From positions 1,503 through 58,960 of the forward strand of contig DAOMOD010000003.1 of NCBI GenBank assembly GCA_035444205.1: DNA of 57,458 bases, given 5' to 3'. The notes beneath the pieces were generated by a model that was given only the letters and a program-made list of their open reading frames with translations, made no database searches and was not told the DNA's origin. Made by a program: the position numbers and the translations under genes. Positions 56,258 through 57,458 of the stretch are shown in pieces. The stretch comes from Lysobacteraceae bacterium (GTDB lineage: Bacteria; Pseudomonadota; Gammaproteobacteria; Xanthomonadales; BPKI01). The first letter of the stretch is position 1. Each line of letters begins with the position of its first letter.

Positions 56258-57458
<1,201 letters not shown>

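Overview
A 57.5-kb, GC-rich chromosomal segment (roughly two-thirds G+C by eye). Gene content and order look like a Xanthomonadales/Lysobacterales-type gammaproteobacterium. The supporting signs are the blocks pyrG-kdsA-eno-ftsB-ispD-ispF-truD, surE-pcm-nlpD without rpoS, yhbY/rlmE-ftsH-folP-glmM, nudix-mnmA-hflD and clpS-clpA, plus a 41-aa non-zinc L36 and GTAG-headed REP hairpins. This taxonomic placement is an inference. I support 47 CDS. Three are absent from the ORF track: a partial alpha-2-macroglobulin at the left edge, rpmJ, and a partial clpA at the right edge. No rRNA, tRNA, CRISPR array, transposase or integrase was found. Many genes are translationally coupled through ATGA or TGATG overlaps. 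Most long ORFs in the track are antisense or shadow frames typical of high-GC DNA, and many true genes start well inside the listed ORF. The window is mostly housekeeping, with several accessory or unexplained pieces. (1) A row of secreted proteins at 44.1-50.9 kb: a 13-14-blade Kelch-like propeller, a Cys-rich SpoIID/LytB protein and an S8 protease with two PPC domains. The first two end in the same C-terminal FADGFE motif. (2) A five-gene overlapping operon joining aguA-aguB to a TraB/Tiki-like membrane protein and a DUF349 protein. (3) A secreted Sel1-like gene inserted between kdsA and eno. (4) Heptanucleotide tandem arrays, some able to form G-quadruplexes, in the ftsH-folP-DUF3829 intergenic regions. 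(5) GTAG-REP clusters, including a ~73-nt composite element present twice. All functional calls come from motif recognition by eye; no database search was possible.
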